NCBI GenBank assembly: GCA_037379345.1
Contig: CM074513.1
Coordinates: forward strand, 49,331,195 to 49,395,194
DNA length: 64,000 nt
Direction: 5' to 3'
DNA from: Perna viridis
Lineage: Eukaryota
The translations under genes were made by a program, and so were the position numbers. A model generated the notes under the pieces. That model searched no databases, had not been told where the DNA came from, and saw only the letters and a list, made by a program, of their open reading frames with translations. How positions within the stretch are numbered: position 1 is the first letter of the stretch; each line of letters starts with the position of its first letter. Below, in pieces: positions 58,911 through 64,000 of this stretch.

Positions 58911-60849
58911 TAGGATGTGTTCTTGGATGAGGAAAAGTATAAATAGAGATAAAAAAGGATGTGTGGTCACTTCTTGACCGAATCGCAAAGGAGATGGACG
59001 CACCCGGAGCAATGAAGATTTACAACATAGTTCCTTTTCGAGGGATTCATTTAGAAGAGGTCACTAGACGTGATGCAATACACGTGCAATGGACGAAAGA
59101 AAGTGTACAATGCAAACCAAGGAATGAACTGACAAAAGAAAGTGAGGCCCCCATAGGACCTCATGGTAGACCAGCTGGAGGAAAGAAAAAGAGCCAAGAA
59201 AACAAATGTAACACTTATTAGTGAAGAGGATTTCGGAACAAAGATCGTGTAGCCGTATTAAGAACGTAAAACGTACAACGTCAGAATAGCTAATATTAGT
59301 GGAAACCAGAGCGGAGCACCTTGAATCATTGCATAAGAATCAACGACTTTAATAAATCAAGAAAGTTGCAAAAGTTCAACAAGATAAATCATATTGATAC
59401 CTGGACCTAATATAATGAGAGGAAAGTTCATCAAAAATATCAGGACCTATATGGGATATACAATGAAAACCTAGTCCAAAAACCGTACGTCATGTAATCC
59501 GAGGAACAAAAGGAAGAGAAGGTTAAATAGGGTGGAAAAAACAGTCTTGACGCCAACGATACTCGGACGGAAAGAAGACTCATAGCAAAGCGAAATCATA
59601 AGAAGATCGGATCGTGAAGTGTCATTTAAAGGGGGAAGAACAACACTTTATGGAACAGACCATGGAGCAGGACCCGGCCTCGAAAAACAGACGACACCCC
59701 GACGAATGGAACAATGATTATGAATTGTAAATAAAATATAAAAGAAAAAAATCTTGTTGTGTAATAAAACTATACCAAAGAAAGACCTCCTTACAAAAAA
59801 GGGTAGCTCAAAACCGATAACACCTATTAAAACCGTTAGCGACGGCATAACGAACATATTTACTATCAAAGCCTCATAACACGGGTCAAAGTTTGAGTGT
59901 AAGTAACTTGAAAACATACTATAACATTTAAAAGTTCGATCTCCTTATAAAAAAAACATCATACAATACTTATACAAAAAAGGGGCGAAGGAAACAAAGC
60001 ACGAATGAAAATATGGTGAGAGAAAAAAATTCCGTAGTTCAATTGTTTACCCCCATAACGTGTCAAATCTAGTACACGCGACATGTAAACATTGAAAGTA
60101 TGAAAAGGAAATCGGTCGACTATAAAAATCAAATTTTAATAAATATGAAAGGCAATACACCATTCAAAAGCTATTAACATTCCAAACGTAAATATCAATT
60201 GTTAACCTTACAATTGTCAGTATAATCTTTAGACGTTAGTCAAAATAGTAATATTAATTATTCAAACTAAATACAAAAAAATATTCAACATAATTAAACA
60301 AAAATAACTAAAACAACGATAAAAATTAATGTCCGAGAAGTAAACATTGCGCAACACGTCCTTACACCTCTAATGTATTCATAAAGCACAATAAAAAACG
60401 GTTAAAAATCAATACATGGGCTATTGAAATCACCCGTAAAATGGGAAGTTTCAAACATCTGTCTAATCCGTGAGACATCTATTCAAATTACATAATCCAT
60501 TGAACAAAAGGAAAATCAAATCAAAATTTAAAATCTATTCAAAGTGTACAATCCATTTGACATCATTACACAAAGACAATGAAATTACAAATAATTTACC
60601 CAAAAAATTAAAAACCAATTAACGTTAATGAAAATGAAGAATTAAAAGAGCAATATAAACAAAGAAAAACAAGTCGTAATGCCCCTCCCCCTTTTTTTTT
60701 TAACTTGCCTGTTTAAAGTATACTACATAATGACACTAATTAGGACACTTAATGAGGATACCAATGGAGGTAGTTTCTTTCCCTCAATAACATTTAAGAC
60801 CCTCTCTTCCGAGATCAAAAGGATCCCATGTTCCCTTTGTTGGTCCTCC

Positions 60850-61012
60850 ATCCACTTCCGGTTCCCTAATGTCCCTCCTCTTCCCGGTCACTTCAGGCCC
60901 CCCTCCCTTCCAGGTCACTTCAGGTTCCCCTTTATCCCCCGGTCAATTTATGTCCCCACCATCTCCCGGTCACTTAGTCTTAGACAAGCTGTCATCAAAA
61001 GGTCAAACTAGT
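60850..61012. repeat. GC-rich CCGGTCACTTC(A/C)GG sub-repeats, possible Maverick subterminal region
   Basis: About 5 copies of CC(C/A)GGTCA / CACTTC(C/A)GG just beyond the right arm. Confidence 0.45.
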
Positions 61013-63641
61013 TCATGTATGACAATCGATACTAGATCATTAGTCATCACATTGCACAACCAGGTTATGTTGAAAACTGCTCCTCACAGACCTTACGCTT
61101 GAGTGCACATTTACAATAGAAAACTCATAGAAAAGGTAATTAAAGTGATCTAGAGTGACGTCTATGACCACTCATAAGTGTAAATTGAATCTTGTACATG
61201 TAAGTTAGTATTCCCATAAAAAAGATGGTGTCGACGTTCCATGTTTGTTAATTTAATGGACTGAACTCTATTAATATGCATTGTATCATTAGGATTACAA
61301 CTACCGTTAAAATCACCAGCACAAACAAAATTTCCATATTAACAGTATTGTGTATACAATGGGTCTAGTCAATTAATTTCGTACATATATTTATCAATGG
61401 ATTCGTCTGCTGGTAATATATTTTAAAATATTATATATAATATTTAGTCCCATTCTCATTTGTGAATTCTATAACTACTAGTCGGTCTGATTGAATATCA
61501 GATATTTCAATTTTTGTCGTATCATGTCATCAGAAAACATTGTTGAGCTTGAAAAATTATGTAAATTAATCAAATGTATTTCTTCGAAACTAGCACCTCC
61601 TGGTTAACATATTATATTGTATGTATTGTATGTATTTCCACACATGCAGCAGTTACTGCATATATTATATTATTTTGTTATCTTCTCTATAACTATGTTC
61701 AGTTTATGAGAATAAAGATATCTATCTCATAAATTGAAAAGTTAAGTGCTTCTTTAACAAAATTCCTTTTCCATGCTAAGCTCTGTAATTATCTAATAGA
61801 CTCTCAGCTTTATCTATACATTTATATTCATGATCTAAAGAAGATGGTTTAAGCTTGTGCTCTGAGAGAAGCGTGCGATTGTAGACAAGTTTATTTCAAT
61901 TCAGTTATATTTTTCTGTATAGACAATATAACTTTGTTATGTCTGGCTATCTCGGAGTCAATTATATGCACAAGCGCCTGGTACGACTCATGGTCAAATT
62001 CACCGGCTGATTTGTATTGTTGGCTCAGGAGTCTCTATTTTTTTGCGTCACATTGTACACATGTTCGACAATTTCCATATTTATCTGTTGTATTAGCCAA
62101 TTCACACTTTAATTTGTCATTCTCTTTTCTCAAACAATCTATTTTTTCCCCTCTCACTGTCAGATTTTTCTAAGACGCTTAGTCTCTGTAAGGCGAATTG
62201 CAATGTTACTATCATTTCAACATCAAAAATAGGACAGGAGGTTCGCTAACACTTTTCGTGCAGTCATATTTTCTAAAAATTTCATCAATGGACGTGTGGT
62301 CACCATTTATAAACATATAAAGGCTAAAGCAGTCACGAGCGTACTTGACTGTTGCTGGGCTTCTATTAGTACTTTTAGGATTGTACAATGTACCCGATGG
62401 GCACCCGTCAATAGATTTCGCATTTATCTTGCAAGACAATAAATATATAGACACATATTTTATGTACTTAATGCATTTTATGCGTGGATATCAAATGAAA
62501 TTATACAGGAAAAGTACAAATAATTCAAAGTTAAGGCATATTTCAACAGAAACCAAAAATTACGAAAATGACAGCTAATGCAGCTTTAAGTATTAGTTTT
62601 TTAACTGTTCTGAAATTTCACACTTTGAACAAAACGATTTTTTGTTATAGGTGATACATTTTATAAGCTATACGTACAAGTTTAAATGTTTACAGATAGT
62701 AACAACTTTCGTTACCGGCACGGACAGTAGATGGAACTATACATATTTTAAATAGATTTATTAGAAGTACTACGAAGCTATGCATAGCAATATAAAAGGG
62801 TATTCATTAAAGGGTTACCATGTAATATTTCCTGCAAAGTTCACCAAAGTGAACTTTAGTGTGATCTAATGCATATAATGTTCCCCATATATTTAAATCT
62901 ATCCGAACTTACTTTGTCTCTTGTTTAGCATTATTATCAGCCATTACGCCTTCGTTTGTACTTTTTTCTTCAAATCTTCTTTTTAATTATCAACGATCTA
63001 TCTGGCTTATATGAATCCAGATATTTGACTGAAAATATAAGGAATAAAGAGAGTACAATTTTTTTTAATATATGTAGTATTCTATATCCCCAATATGTCT
63101 TCAATTTTGTATTTTTAGCTGTTTAATAAATGAAATGTTTCTTCAGTTTTCCAATAATTAATCTGATTTTACAGATGCAGGTGAACCTCACTCTTAATCT
63201 CAACCTGCAGTACCTAAACGCCCCTCTTCAGAAATCCTAGCTGCAGTAATACTTTTATTGCGCAAGTAAAATAGTTTCGTGTTAGATATAGATGTGGATA
63301 GGACATTTTCTATCTTTTTTCTCTAGTATGGAATTTGAAATAAGTAGTGCGCAAATCTTTAGTTCCTTATATGACTTTCTTATGGCAATGACATTTTGGA
63401 TGTTTAATGAGGAATTGTGAGAAAAGTGGTGGAAACGAAAAAAAACATACATATTGACAAATAAACAACTGGTACGTACAATGATTAAACATAATAAATT
63501 TTAACTCGATTGTTAGAATGATAAAACTTACCATTGGTAACGCATACGATCCAAATCAGGAAGTTTATTATTACAGAACTCAGGTATTCTTCATTCGTTA
63601 TTCATATGCTAATTGTTATTTACTTTGAACAAAAACATCAT

Positions 63642-63821
63642 CGAATAAAATAGTTTTTGAAAGTTGTGTCTTTGCCGCAGCATAAAGATAAACCCGGAAG
63701 CATTAGAAGGACCTTGATTGCAAAACCAAAAACCATCTGACGAATAAAATAGTGTTTGAAAGTTGTGTCTTTGCCGCAGCATAAAAATAAACCCGGAAGC
63801 ATAAAAAGCACCTTGATTGCA
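63642..63821 (+). repeat. 99-bp tandem duplication
   Basis: CGAATAAAATAG..GAAAGTTGTGTCTTTGCCGCAGCATAAA..CCTTGATTGCA at 63642 and 63741. Confidence 0.85.
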
Positions 63822-64000
63822 GTATCTACATGTACATTACGCACCTAATACGTCTTTTTTCATTATTTCGTTAAATCCGAAAACTTCTTTCCAAGCAAAC
63901 ATTTTGTGTTCGATTCAAAGTACTTTCTCAATGGTACTGACTTAAACCTGTCTTCCCATCACAATTTTAAGAGCCCAATATTTCTTACAACAGAGACAAT

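Larger units (their letters stand above)
57087..60645 (+). repeat. Right arm of the large inverted duplication (Maverick-derived)
   Basis: Inverse homologue of 49754-53260. Confidence 0.93.

Overview
Eukaryotic genomic DNA, AT-rich and dense in repeats. The SINE/LINE/Penelope families and the chitin synthase suggest a bivalve mollusc (inference). Left to right: (i) the end of a Thr/Ser/Pro mucin-like 132-bp coding repeat (1-401), joined abruptly to (ii) a GC-rich, decaying endogenous Polinton/Maverick (adintovirus-like) virus (402-7994). The virus carries a Zn-ribbon/PLA2/integrase ORF, packaging ATPase, double-jelly-roll major capsid, penton and putative core proteins, and ends at an AGTAGT-type terminus. 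Nearly every viral gene starts at a TAAAT(G) AT-island. (iii) Host DNA with decayed LINEs, a nested DIRS/Ngaro-type tyrosine-recombinase retrotransposon, SINEs, MITEs and Penelope-like 3' fragments. (iv) A large coding exon of an unidentified gene (21666-23068, minus strand). (v) An apparently intact 11-exon chitin synthase (44763-28356, minus strand, about 1338 aa). (vi) An ~11-kb imperfect palindrome (49754-60645). Each arm carries a second-family Maverick C2H2-ZnF/packaging-ATPase remnant interrupted by the same Penelope insertion. The arms flank outward-pointing telomere-like DNA and a 67-bp satellite. Best novelty candidates: the TAAAT(G) gene-start grammar of the virus, the palindromic Maverick/telomere-like structure, and two structured RNA elements at retroelement ends.
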